A stretch of 64,000 nt of DNA from a virus (taxonomy: Duplodnaviria; Caudoviricetes), in IMG/VR virus record IMGVR_UViG_3300020048_003360, positions 64,001 to 128,000 of that record. One strand, given 5' to 3'. The notes beneath the pieces are model-generated. The model was not told where the DNA came from. It saw nothing but the letters and a program-made list of their open reading frames with translations, and did not search any database. Every line of letters begins with the position of its first letter. The first letter of the stretch is position 1. Made by a program: the position numbers and the translations under genes. Positions 27,861 through 37,345 of this stretch are shown in pieces.

Positions 27861-29990
27861 TTAATAAATATCCATACACAATAACGTTTTTTGTTTATTT
27901 ACTATATATAATCCTAACGTTTCTAAAATTTTATAATAGATATTTGTAGTATCTTTTACAATATTTCTAATACCAATAGCTAAAGCTATTTCTTCCGGTA
28001 TGCCATTTGATGATAGGACTTGTTCAGGCAGCAGTAGCATTGAGCCAAATGTATTAGTATTTTGCATTACTAACCACTGCTCTAACTTATACGCAATATC
28101 CTTATCTACAATAGAATCTATCCACTGCCTAGTCTTAGTAGGTGTATTAATACCCATGCCTACCTTAATCGCACTATATGGTGGCGGTGGTGCGTCCCCA
28201 TATTTAGGCGCAAATACATACTGCCAAAGTAAATATTGTTTATATGCAGGTGCATTTTCAGTGTGCTTATATGACTTGGGTTCTTTAATTTGAGTTAGTT
28301 TAAAATACTCATGATCACCTCTCTTAATAGAACTCACTACCTCTCTTTCTTTATCAGCTACCCACTTAGCCATATGTCTAATGGATATTTTCTTTCCTTC
28401 GACAACACTGTTTAGTATAAACAACATCATATTTTCAGCATCCTTAATAATAGCTTTTGGTGCGTTTGATGCTTTTAAATGTACACCTTTAATTTCTTTT
28501 TCTAGTTTTTCAAATACATTACCTTCTTGACAGCCCACTAAGGCGTAGTAATGTTTAGTAGTATCTGTTGGACAGAATACAGGGAAAAAGAATTCATTTT
28601 TCATTGCTACCTGGTGTAGTCTTTCTTTTACCATACCAGAATTAATGGACATTAAAGCTAAAATATGCACAATGGTCTGTGCTGACAAAAAAATCATAGT
28701 AGCCGCCACAGCTATGGCTCTATCATTAAAAGATAATTCTTCCTGATACCATAATACCCAATCCTGTACAGTAAAGATAGTGGAATCAGTATCTGATGTA
28801 ATTGCAGTTCTACGAATACTATTTGGAAAAACACCTACCGAAGCAGGTACATTATTAGTTATCCATAGTGCTCTAATTAGATTAAAATATTCATCTAGTG
28901 TATTAGTTATATTTTCTATTGTAGAGGCATATATCCCATAGTCTGGCGTACCTATAATGTCTACTATTCTTTTTCCTCTTAATTCTTTACTACATATCTG
29001 AGAAGCTAGATGTCTAATATCTTCAGATGCGCTATTTATGACTAATTCTGGCGTGGGATGTTCAGTAAGTCCCTTTGAAGATAACTTACTAATAAAACCA
29101 TATACTAATGAATTGTTATATTTTTTTAAGTGATATAAATCACCAGTATATACAAATGCCGATCGCTGTATTGGCGATAGTTTAGATATTAATAACTCTA
29201 AATCAATATGGTCTCTTGTACCCTTCCAATATAAATCAGCAGAATAACGGTAACATTCTATCGTCTCACTTACTGTTGGGTGTCGTATTCCGAATTGCTC
29301 CATACATAATGCCAATACACTGTAATCAGTATTGTTAATGATACTGATAATATTGTTCCGCACAATATCTGGTGACCAATAGTGTCTATTACCGCATAAA
29401 AATTTTTCATTATTAGCATTTCCATAGGCAGAAGTAGTTCTACAATTTGAAGTAAGTGTACTATGTGATGATTTATTATAAAATGGAGTACCAGCACTAC
29501 AGTGTGCACCAGATATTGAGTTATTCTTAAGTTTCTTATTAGTTTGTTCGTTTTTCTTAAATACTTCTACTAATTTATTTTTAGCCATCTTTGCTTCAAA
29601 CATAGCTTTTTTAGCCACATACCTAGCCTTTACATTACCGTCTATATATTTTACTAATAATGACTCTTTTACAGATGGATGTAAATACGTAGTTAAAGTG
29701 GGTGCAATAATATCTTTTTCTTTAATAACACTAGAAAAGTACTCAGATAATGTAGTTTCACGTGGAAATCTATCTCCATCTGCATTTCTTTCAAAAAATT
29801 GTACTCTAGGGTCTCTAAAAGGAAACTCACCATCTGGACGTAATTGTTTTTTAATAAAATTAAGACATTCTTCACTAGACTTACCTGTCATTAAATTAAG
29901 ATATAGTGTAGTATCTTTTAAGTATTGTCCAAGAGTATCTAAATTACGTTTGTATGCGTCAATATGTAAAACAAATGGATTTTCAGTCAT
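27861..29990 (-). CDS. Divergent family B DNA polymerase, polymerase-domain subunit (phiKZ gp50-like)
   Basis: KLKNNSISGA (motif B-like), SDTDST (motif C-like), EIKGVHLKASN. Confidence 0.85.
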   Translation of the reverse strand: MTENPFVLHIDAYKRNLDTLGQYLKDTTLYLNLMTGKSSEECLNFIKKQLRPDGEFPFRDPRVQFFERNADGDRFPRETTLSEYFSSVIKEKDIIAPTLTTYLHPSVKESLLVKYIDGNVKARYVAKKAMFEAKMAKNKLVEVFKKNEQTNKKLKNNSISGAHCSAGTPFYNKSSHSTLTSNCRTTSAYGNANNEKFLCGNRHYWSPDIVRNNIISIINNTDYSVLALCMEQFGIRHPTVSETIECYRYSADLYWKGTRDHIDLELLISKLSPIQRSAFVYTGDLYHLKKYNNSLVYGFISKLSSKGLTEHPTPELVINSASEDIRHLASQICSKELRGKRIVDIIGTPDYGIYASTIENITNTLDEYFNLIRALWITNNVPASVGVFPNSIRRTAITSDTDSTIFTVQDWVLWYQEELSFNDRAIAVAATMIFLSAQTIVHILALMSINSGMVKERLHQVAMKNEFFFPVFCPTDTTKHYYALVGCQEGNVFEKLEKEIKGVHLKASNAPKAIIKDAENMMLFILNSVVEGKKISIRHMAKWVADKEREVVSSIKRGDHEYFKLTQIKEPKSYKHTENAPAYKQYLLWQYVFAPKYGDAPPPPYSAIKVGMGINTPTKTRQWIDSIVDKDIAYKLEQWLVMQNTNTFGSMLLLPEQVLSSNGIPEEIALAIGIRNIVKDTTNIYYKILETLGLYIVNKQKTLLCMDIY

Positions 29991-30044
29991 CTTAATCTCT
30001 ACCGTTGGTATGTCTACAATATTTAATCAACAGATAAAAAAAAG

Positions 30045-30090
30045 ATACCCACCCCACGATCTAATCTACATCAGATCGTGGGGTGGGTAT
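30045..30090 (-). terminator. Long hairpin terminator
   Basis: 18-bp stem atacccaccccacgatct/agatcgtggggtgggtat with a U-run. Confidence 0.72.
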
Positions 30091-30695
30091 TATATCTTTC
30101 GTATTTTATTTAAAACAGAGAGTATTTCTTTTTTATGCTCTCTTAATAGATCCAGTTTCTTAGTCCTATAGATATTTTCTATTTTAACTGGAGATACTCC
30201 CACACATTCAGTTAGTGCTTGTCTACAGTAATAATGGAATATCTGATGCACTCGTGCTTTAGTGATGTTAGAAACTAAAGCAGCATCACTAAAGTTTCCA
30301 CCATATAACACATATTTAACTATCGATATATCACGTTTTACCTTCTCCTTTATTAGACTTTTTCCTGGTGGTAGGTCAGGAAAAAATTCTGATCTATGCT
30401 CTATGATCCAGTCTAAAATACTACTACGATAAGTTAGCCTTTTTCTCAGTCTAAAAATTCTTTTATCGGGCTTAGGATTTGGCACTCTAAATACTATTTC
30501 GTAACCAAATTCTGGCATACTAGCGTATAGACTAGGGTTCATTAGTTTACATACCGCAACTATAGTCTTTGATACCTCAGCTAATGTAAGACCATATTCC
30601 TTAGCTATCATCTTCTGTTGCTTTCCCATTAATATTTTTTTCACAATTTCTATTGACCTATCATTAAGCTCTATGTGAATTACATACCGTGGCAT
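30090..30695 (-). CDS. Putative DNA-binding protein with two HTH-like segments
   Basis: GKQQKMIAKEYGLTLAEVSKTI and GGNFSDAALVSNITKARVHQIF. Confidence 0.55.
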   Translation of the reverse strand: MPRYVIHIELNDRSIEIVKKILMGKQQKMIAKEYGLTLAEVSKTIVAVCKLMNPSLYASMPEFGYEIVFRVPNPKPDKRIFRLRKRLTYRSSILDWIIEHRSEFFPDLPPGKSLIKEKVKRDISIVKYVLYGGNFSDAALVSNITKARVHQIFHYYCRQALTECVGVSPVKIENIYRTKKLDLLREHKKEILSVLNKIRKI

Positions 30696-30782
30696 TTTAA
30701 TTCCTTTCAGTTAGTTTAGGGCATAAATGCCTAGAGAAATCTCTAGGCGCGATAGTGTTTTTATAGAGCTTTGTCTATACAT

Positions 30783-30802
30783 ATAGGTAATATATGTTTA
30801 TA
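30783..30802 (-). promoter_or_regulatory. Variant early-type promoter
   Basis: ataggtaatatatgtttata; TATATTAC core kept, upstream part diverged. Confidence 0.6.
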
Positions 30803-31190
30803 ATAATCTAGAATCATTACAATAGCGGTCCAGGGACTAATATGTCCCTGGACCATTCTCTCACAATAAGGAAACAACATAATACTTTATACTCACCAAC
30901 ATAAGGAGTGTACGTGTGAATACGTTTAATAAACTATCTTATTTGGAAAACGAGGAAAAAACCAAATAAATTAATTTAACGTAGTATGTTTACTTCCTAC
31001 ACAGTTTACCAATCATCTTAACACAGAGCAGTGGCCTAGGGAGGGGAGGTTTATGCTAAGCGTACAATAGAGTAGTTCGAGGTACTCTAATGACGATAAA
31101 CGTCAAATACTACATCGGGGATTATGTAGCACCTAACAGCTAAGATGTGTTATGTCTTAGCTCATATTATTTAGTGTATAAATAAAAAAA

Positions 31191-31595
31191 CTATTCAATA
31201 CTCATTACTACATTATTGTAGCCATTCTGAACTAATGCATTCATAATTCTAGAAAGATCAATAGCAGCCACATCATTAACTCTAATCACAATGGTATTAG
31301 ATTGTACTACCACTACCGTACTTTCATTAATCCAAGCCATACCCAGTATTGTTACTTGTCCAGTAATTGTTTGAATTTTAACATAGTCATATCCAGTGGG
31401 ATCATTTGGAGTACCAGGAGGTAGTGTTGGATATACTTGTGCGTGTAGTGCCTGAATATCAATTTCTTTAGCAGCTGTAGTTGGATCCATTATACTTAGT
31501 ACAGTAACACCTAAGTAACTAGTTCCTAATAGTGCTGCTGGATATACATCAAAATTATATACCTTTCTAACTATAAATGGTATATTGTTGCTCAT
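31191..31595 (-). CDS. Conserved phiKZ-like protein (gp49-like), 134 aa
   Basis: YNFDVYPAALLG...DI.ALHAQVYP.LP.GTP pattern; synteny. Confidence 0.6.
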   Translation of the reverse strand: MSNNIPFIVRKVYNFDVYPAALLGTSYLGVTVLSIMDPTTAAKEIDIQALHAQVYPTLPPGTPNDPTGYDYVKIQTITGQVTILGMAWINESTVVVVQSNTIVIRVNDVAAIDLSRIMNALVQNGYNNVVMSIE

Positions 31596-31623
31596 AATAA
31601 CTACCTTTCATAAATATAATGTT

Positions 31624-31968
31624 TTAATATGGGAGATGTTTAAAAACAACATCATTACCAAGTAATTTACTAAAAAAATACGGAAATTCACCATTAACAA
31701 AGGCATTGAGTCCAACTAGCCTTTGTTTAAGTTTAAAATCTAATGTAATTGCAGCTGAATGATTTTGCTCATTAGATAAAAAACCTTTATTAATTAGACG
31801 ATCAGTATTAACAACATTAGCTGGCACTACTTCATTGTTTACGTATCTGTCAGCTATTTGTGTTATTACCTCAACTAAATCTTGTTTTGATAACACATTA
31901 TTAGTAGAAGAAATGAATTCTTCTACAATAGATTTTGTTTCGATTATTAACACTTCTGGATATATCAT
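31624..31968 (-). CDS. Core paralog-array member, 114 aa
   Basis: C-terminal NGEFPYFFSKLLGNDVVF motif. Confidence 0.65.
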   Translation of the reverse strand: MIYPEVLIIETKSIVEEFISSTNNVLSKQDLVEVITQIADRYVNNEVVPANVVNTDRLINKGFLSNEQNHSAAITLDFKLKQRLVGLNAFVNGEFPYFFSKLLGNDVVFKHLPY

Positions 31969-31978
31969 TTACTCAGAC

Positions 31979-32350
31979 CTATTTAGAGTGATATTTGAGC
32001 ATTATGTCACTACCTACACATTTTTCAAATATGAAGAATAATTTATCATTCTGATAAACTCCTAAGTCGACTAATAACTGATGAAGTTTCATACCGATTT
32101 CAACCACTAACTTAAGTAGTAATTCAATGTCACCCTCATACTCTTTACCAATACATTCTGAAATAATTGCTAATGAAGTATATTCTAATTCTAACTGTGC
32201 TTCACTATCGAGATAAATTGCTTCAGTAATTAATAAAAAAATCTTATTTTCATCAGCATCAAAAGCTCTTAGGAGTTTAATCTTAGATCTAAAGTTCTGT
32301 ACTAAAACTCTAGATTCCAAAATTAAACGTCTCTCATAATGTTGGTTCAT
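31979..32350 (-). CDS. Core paralog-array member, 123 aa
   Basis: C-terminal YQNDKLFFIFEKCVGSDIML motif. Confidence 0.65.
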   Translation of the reverse strand: MNQHYERRLILESRVLVQNFRSKIKLLRAFDADENKIFLLITEAIYLDSEAQLELEYTSLAIISECIGKEYEGDIELLLKLVVEIGMKLHQLLVDLGVYQNDKLFFIFEKCVGSDIMLKYHSK

Positions 32351-32663
32351 CGTGTCCTAACTTTTGTTTGTTGTCTTTTAGTAGTTTCTCATAGCGATAA
32401 ATTAAGTCATTATGCGCTCGTAAAGAACAACGATAAGATTGCTCAGAAACATTATCATCCGTATCTATATAACTAATGATAGTGATTGGTCTCAATATTC
32501 TAGAAAAAGCTTCTTCATATCGTTCTATACTAACTATATTTAATTTACTGAGATCAACAAAGAGTGCTGCCCAATTAACAATTTCATCATTATTTTGATC
32601 AGCAATACTAGGTTTTGTATTAAACAGTCCAGACATTCCATACCCCATTAATTTTAATTCCAA
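32334..32663 (-). CDS. Hypothetical protein, 109 aa (lacks the array motif)
   Basis: ORF overlapping both neighbours. Confidence 0.55.
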   Translation of the reverse strand: MELKLMGYGMSGLFNTKPSIADQNNDEIVNWAALFVDLSKLNIVSIERYEEAFSRILRPITIISYIDTDDNVSEQSYRCSLRAHNDLIYRYEKLLKDNKQKLGHDEPTL

Positions 32664-33091
32664 AAATTTTCATCATGAAAACGTAGTATTACGCCTGAGC
32701 CACCTAACATTTTGTAAAATGAATATGGACAGTAACCATCAATATATATGTCAAGATGATTTATTTTATTTAATATTGCAGTACCTAATTTCATTACAGC
32801 AGAAAATACCAGACCTTTCTCATAATAATCCAGTCTAGCATTTTCATAAAGACCTTCACCACCAGCCATTGAGTCGGCTATAGTGCTAAGTCTATTTATT
32901 AAATCGATTTCACCCTCGTTAAGTGAGATCATATCAAAAATCTGTTGCAAACAAGCAGCTAAATCTGCAGTAGGTAGATTTAAATTATCAACTACAGATT
33001 TAAACTCCTTTATTTCATTATCTAAACCCATTATTAAATATTGTGGAATATTTTCTTCTATGAGTATATGGGAGATATAGTCAGACGGCAT
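32654..33091 (-). CDS. Core paralog-array member, 145 aa
   Basis: C-terminal YIDGYCPYSFYKMLGGSGVIL motif. Confidence 0.65.
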   Translation of the reverse strand: MPSDYISHILIEENIPQYLIMGLDNEIKEFKSVVDNLNLPTADLAACLQQIFDMISLNEGEIDLINRLSTIADSMAGGEGLYENARLDYYEKGLVFSAVMKLGTAILNKINHLDIYIDGYCPYSFYKMLGGSGVILRFHDENFWN

Positions 33092-33455
33092 CTATTCTTT
33101 CCTTTAAAATAATGTCACGACCCAACATTCTATAAAATACAAATGGTAACTTACCATTTTGATAAGCTCTAATACTTTGTAAATATTCAAGTAACTTTAG
33201 ACCTAAAATACTTACATTTTCTTCTAGTTCTAACATATCTATAACATCTGGATCATAAGTATGCCAGACACTATCATCACGAAGTAATAGTCCACTATAG
33301 TGTAGATTAGTAAACTCAGCGTAAGCTTCATCTTCATCCATTAATATACCACATAATAATTGAATGGTGTTTAATCCACCAGTTATTACTTTAAGTGATT
33401 CTATTGTTAGGAATACCTTTCTGGTATCTAAAATTAAATATCTCTCTATTTTCAT
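33081..33455 (-). CDS. Core paralog-array member, 124 aa
   Basis: C-terminal YQNGKLPFVFYRMLGRDIIL motif. Confidence 0.65.
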   Translation of the reverse strand: MKIERYLILDTRKVFLTIESLKVITGGLNTIQLLCGILMDEDEAYAEFTNLHYSGLLLRDDSVWHTYDPDVIDMLELEENVSILGLKLLEYLQSIRAYQNGKLPFVFYRMLGRDIILKERIDAV

Positions 33456-33895
33456 TCTAACTCCAGTTGTCGTAGTTCACACAACCATTCCCTATATGGC
33501 GGGCTTAATAATAAATCCTGACTACCGTTAAAAGAACATCTATAGCCGTCTTCATCTAAACTACCATTTGGTATATAAGGAGCTAGAATCATACTTACAA
33601 TTCTATATACTCTAATAGCTAATATTTTAGCATCCTCTTCATCCATTCCGTCATTTATTAAAACCTTAATAGAACACTCTATCCTGTCGTTAGTTGGTCG
33701 TAGATCATCGTTAAATAATTCTTTAAAAAACTGAGTACAATTATATTCAAGAATGTATTTTACAGGAATAAATCGTTTAGTTTCTAATGTATCTGAATTA
33801 TCGATAATGTTAACTACGTGTTCTTTAAATCCATTCTTTAAAATACGAACTGGTTCTACTAACGAAATAAGTAGAATTCTCTCATTAGTTTGCAC
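33452..33895 (-). CDS. Hypothetical protein, 147 aa (probable distant array member)
   Basis: Coupled ORF; ends FNGSQDLLL. Confidence 0.55.
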   Translation of the reverse strand: MQTNERILLISLVEPVRILKNGFKEHVVNIIDNSDTLETKRFIPVKYILEYNCTQFFKELFNDDLRPTNDRIECSIKVLINDGMDEEDAKILAIRVYRIVSMILAPYIPNGSLDEDGYRCSFNGSQDLLLSPPYREWLCELRQLELE

Positions 33896-33920
33896 TTAAT
33901 TTTCCTCATTTTAGTTTACA

Positions 33921-34448
33921 TTAGCACACCTCATTACCAAAGTGTTGTTTATACCAATGTATGCGGAAATCAATACATTTATCTATTACGATATCTGTAT
34001 ATCTAGTACGCTGTAAATGAATTATCCATTTATCAGCACCTATAAAATCTTTAATATCAACTGTTAAATTGACTAAAAGATTTTCTATCAACTCATATAC
34101 TTCAATAGTCTCTCTATACTCAGGTACTATAAAATCTGACCATAAGTCAACTATTGTGGGTACTTTTTGTTTTGACCAGGCTGAATTAGAAATCAATATC
34201 ATTTCAATATATGATTTAATTATTTCAATACCTATTTTTGGTAATTGTGGTTTAGGTTGACTAACCTTAACTACTTCACTAGACTTTCTACCATATGTAT
34301 CAAATGTAACTAAAACAGCTTCAGTGGCGGCATCATCTTTAACCACCTGCTTTAAGTAAGGTTTTGCAGTTAATTCAATTAACCTTGCTAAAGATAATGG
34401 ATCTATTAATAATACCTTAGTAGTTTCACACAGAATACCTGGTGACAT
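33921..34448 (-). CDS. Conserved phiKZ-like hypothetical protein, 175 aa
   Basis: Ends DIVIDKCIDFRI.WY; operon context. Confidence 0.55.
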   Translation of the reverse strand: MSPGILCETTKVLLIDPLSLARLIELTAKPYLKQVVKDDAATEAVLVTFDTYGRKSSEVVKVSQPKPQLPKIGIEIIKSYIEMILISNSAWSKQKVPTIVDLWSDFIVPEYRETIEVYELIENLLVNLTVDIKDFIGADKWIIHLQRTRYTDIVIDKCIDFRIHWYKQHFGNEVC

Positions 34449-34459
34449 TTATTTTTCCT

Positions 34460-34834
34460 TTACCATGGTTGAGTTTTAGATTGATACTCTAATATTAAAT
34501 CACGACTATTTAATTTGAGATTTACCTCATACTCACAATAAATTTGTGGTGCCTTAATATACCGAGCTGTTACTCTACTTAATGAGATAGGCATTGATCT
34601 ATCTGTTAAGTTATGTATTATTGAGTATATATGGCTATTATGCTCATGACCTCTTACAAAAATACCATATATTAATTCTAATTCCTCAGCAATTATCCAT
34701 TCAATTGCATTATTTTCAATATTTTTTTGATGTATAGGTAGGTGTAAGGACCGCACTACATTAATTACATATGGTTTTATTAATCCTAAATATTCCCCAA
34801 TACTCTGGATCAATATACTACGTCTATAACTCAT
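34460..34834 (-). CDS. Hypothetical protein, 124 aa (probable distant array member)
   Basis: RBS AAGGAGG; ends NSRDLILEY. Confidence 0.55.
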   Translation of the reverse strand: MSYRRSILIQSIGEYLGLIKPYVINVVRSLHLPIHQKNIENNAIEWIIAEELELIYGIFVRGHEHNSHIYSIIHNLTDRSMPISLSRVTARYIKAPQIYCEYEVNLKLNSRDLILEYQSKTQPW

Positions 34835-34849
34835 ACTCCCTCCTTAAGA

Positions 34850-35161
34850 CTACCGAATGTACTTAATGAATTTTCCTTTACCATATGCGGTATTAATAAG
34901 ATCTTTCAACTGAACTAAGTCATTAAGATTATTTACAAAAATAACATCAGCGCCATCCGCACTAACTAATGTGGTTACATCTATAGTGCCTAAACTACAG
35001 GTACATCGTGTGGTATTGCTATCTGTAGGATCGTCATTAGGCGAGTTAATCACTAACGATAAGATTATATCTCTATGCTGTATTTTAACCGTTACAGATA
35101 CTAATTTAGCAACTTTTGTATTTTCACCATCTTTAATATATGCGCTAGATAATCCATACAT
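34850..35161 (-). CDS. Hypothetical protein, 103 aa
   Basis: AGGAG RBS, in operon. Confidence 0.55.
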   Translation of the reverse strand: MYGLSSAYIKDGENTKVAKLVSVTVKIQHRDIILSLVINSPNDDPTDSNTTRCTCSLGTIDVTTLVSADGADVIFVNNLNDLVQLKDLINTAYGKGKFIKYIR

Positions 35162-35310
35162 AAACTTCTCCTAAATAAGGTTATATGTGGGGTAGGGAAC
35201 ATAAAGAACCTCCTCCTCCTACATAAAATTAGCATACTAGATAAAATAACTACTATACTTACCACTATCCATACAAAATGGATTAGGTAAGTATAGTAGA
35301 AATTAAATCA

Positions 35311-36096
35311 TCACTCAGAAGCCATTTTCATATTTTTAATTACTGTATAGCGTGTTAATAATTCTTTATTTACAACATCTATGATGTCGTCGATGTCCTC
35401 ATCAATACCTAACATAATATCGTGTTCAAGATCTTTATATACCTCGTCTACTACTTCAATAATTAAATCAGCGAGGTATGCTAAATATCGTAATGCAGCT
35501 CTAGTATTCGTTAGTATTTCCTTATCTTCTGTTCCTAGGTGATCGTTATCCTCACATACCCCACTATTTGTTGTTGTGGTATTTACAAGCTTATAGGAAC
35601 TCCAGTCTTTTATATAGCTACCATCTTTATATCCATGTTCTTGTCTAAACATATTTAAAGAATGTTTGCCTATATAGATCTTATAAAGTTCGGACCAAGT
35701 CATCTTCAAACTAAACATTACTTCTGAAAATACTTCCAACATAGAATCACTAATAGCCGCTCTCTCAGAATATTTCATTTCTTCTAAGGTCACGCTATTA
35801 TCGGACATTATCTCTGATATAATAAAATGCCAAATATCCACTATCTCTAACTTCAATTGCGGTATATTTGGTACTTGTTCTTTCCACCACTTCCACCCGG
35901 TATGATCAATAGCTTCTGAAGCTTCTAGAAGAACAGCCAGTGACCAATCATTACCTGCTTCTTTCCAATTAGGATTTACTGTTTTATTAAGTAAATCCTG
36001 CATAGATAACATAATCACTAATTGTTTTTTACTTGGTAAATCCATATCGTACCTCTTTAGTTGGTGAAAAATAGAGCATATAAAACACACACGCAT
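35311..36096 (-). CDS. dut: Dimeric (all-alpha) dUTPase family protein
   Basis: VNPNW, EASEAIDHTGWKWWK, LEIVDIWHF, YIGKHSLNMFRQEHGYKDGSY, EDNDHL; true start probably MDLPSK. Confidence 0.85.
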   Translation of the reverse strand: MRVCFICSIFHQLKRYDMDLPSKKQLVIMLSMQDLLNKTVNPNWKEAGNDWSLAVLLEASEAIDHTGWKWWKEQVPNIPQLKLEIVDIWHFIISEIMSDNSVTLEEMKYSERAAISDSMLEVFSEVMFSLKMTWSELYKIYIGKHSLNMFRQEHGYKDGSYIKDWSSYKLVNTTTTNSGVCEDNDHLGTEDKEILTNTRAALRYLAYLADLIIEVVDEVYKDLEHDIMLGIDEDIDDIIDVVNKELLTRYTVIKNMKMASE

Positions 36097-36118
36097 TATT
36101 CTTAGCGTGTGTGTTTTA
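36081..36118 (-). terminator. Hairpin after phuZ
   Basis: 14-bp stem taaaacacacacgc/gcgtgtgtgtttta. Confidence 0.6.
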
Positions 36119-36126
36119 AGTATGTA

Positions 36127-37125
36127 TTATAAAACTAAACCTGTATCATGAGCTTTATCAGTATCTGACAATACTCCAACTTTCTTTACTCGTGCTGCTT
36201 GTTTTTGTTCCAGATCTGTAAGAATCTTTTGGAGATGCTTACCAGCTGCTGGGATTATGCCATCACTAATTACATAGTGGAGTGGAGCTTTACTCAATAC
36301 AGCCTCACCAATGGCCTTTGGAAGAAAACCCACACACTGGTATTCTGGCATCTCCATCAACGCAGTAGAGGTACCTTCAGAGGCTAATGTGGCCACACTG
36401 ATAACAGAGCCTAAGCTGTCGTTATTAACTTTACTTTCCATAATTGTTAATGACGCCAGTTGTACTGGGAAAGTAGTTACTTTATTAAAACACAACCAAT
36501 TATGTAAATCACGACTATCTAGTTCATGGTGTTGACGCGAAAACAACAAAGTTAACGACATAACAACATTAAACAATATATTATCTGCTTCACTTCTGCT
36601 TGTGGTATTGCTATTTTGCACATACGACATCACCACAGGGACACCTAGTATTTTAGAGATGCTTTCGTAACTCTTAATAGTTTTTAATGTATTCTGAGCA
36701 TCTAAACGTGTGTCAGCAGAACCAATAGTTAATACTACACATGGAATACCTGTACTGAGTAGTTCTTTTGTTAACAGCGGAGCAATGACACTACCTGAAC
36801 CACCAGCAGCAGAGCCAACTACAATATTTAGATCGGCTGGCTTAAATTGCTGTAGGATAGCCCGAATTCTGTTATTGATTTCATCATGGTTTTCAGATCT
36901 AATTTTTCCACTACCATCAAGATCCTCCAAGATATATGCGTTGGTTTTGTTTATATGATCTTTTAAATTTGATTTACTGGTATCAACATAAACAATATCA
37001 ATTTCAGCAAAACCAATTTCTTCTTGAGATCTATGAATCTCTAACATACTGCCGATATTGGTACCAGCTCCACCACACGCATAAATCCTAACCTTACCAT
37101 TAACATTTCTTACTATATCAGTCAT
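36127..37125 (-). CDS. phuZ: PhuZ phage tubulin
   Basis: CGGAGTNIG, VDTS, GSGKIR.EN, AAGGSGSVIAP tubulin signature. Confidence 0.92.
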   Translation of the reverse strand: MTDIVRNVNGKVRIYACGGAGTNIGSMLEIHRSQEEIGFAEIDIVYVDTSKSNLKDHINKTNAYILEDLDGSGKIRSENHDEINNRIRAILQQFKPADLNIVVGSAAGGSGSVIAPLLTKELLSTGIPCVVLTIGSADTRLDAQNTLKTIKSYESISKILGVPVVMSYVQNSNTTSRSEADNILFNVVMSLTLLFSRQHHELDSRDLHNWLCFNKVTTFPVQLASLTIMESKVNNDSLGSVISVATLASEGTSTALMEMPEYQCVGFLPKAIGEAVLSKAPLHYVISDGIIPAAGKHLQKILTDLEQKQAARVKKVGVLSDTDKAHDTGLVL

Positions 37126-37192
37126 TTCTTACTTCCTTTAAAATATTAAACTTCGGCCGAAGTTAATTGCGAACACTGCTAATAGTGTCCAT

Positions 37193-37212
37193 ATAGGTAA
37201 TATATTGCCATA
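37193..37212 (-). promoter_or_regulatory. Phage early-type promoter for phuZ
   Basis: ataggtaatatattgccata; perfect palindrome aacttcggccgaagtt in the leader. Confidence 0.82.
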
Positions 37213-37345
37213 TATTCTTTGAATCAAATAACACTATATAAATCCTATGATTACACTACCAAAAAATATTAGTTTACTGTTCATAATTTATGTCTACTTA
37301 ATAAAAAATTATTACTTACCGTAAGCTTTTAGTAAAGGAACGGCG

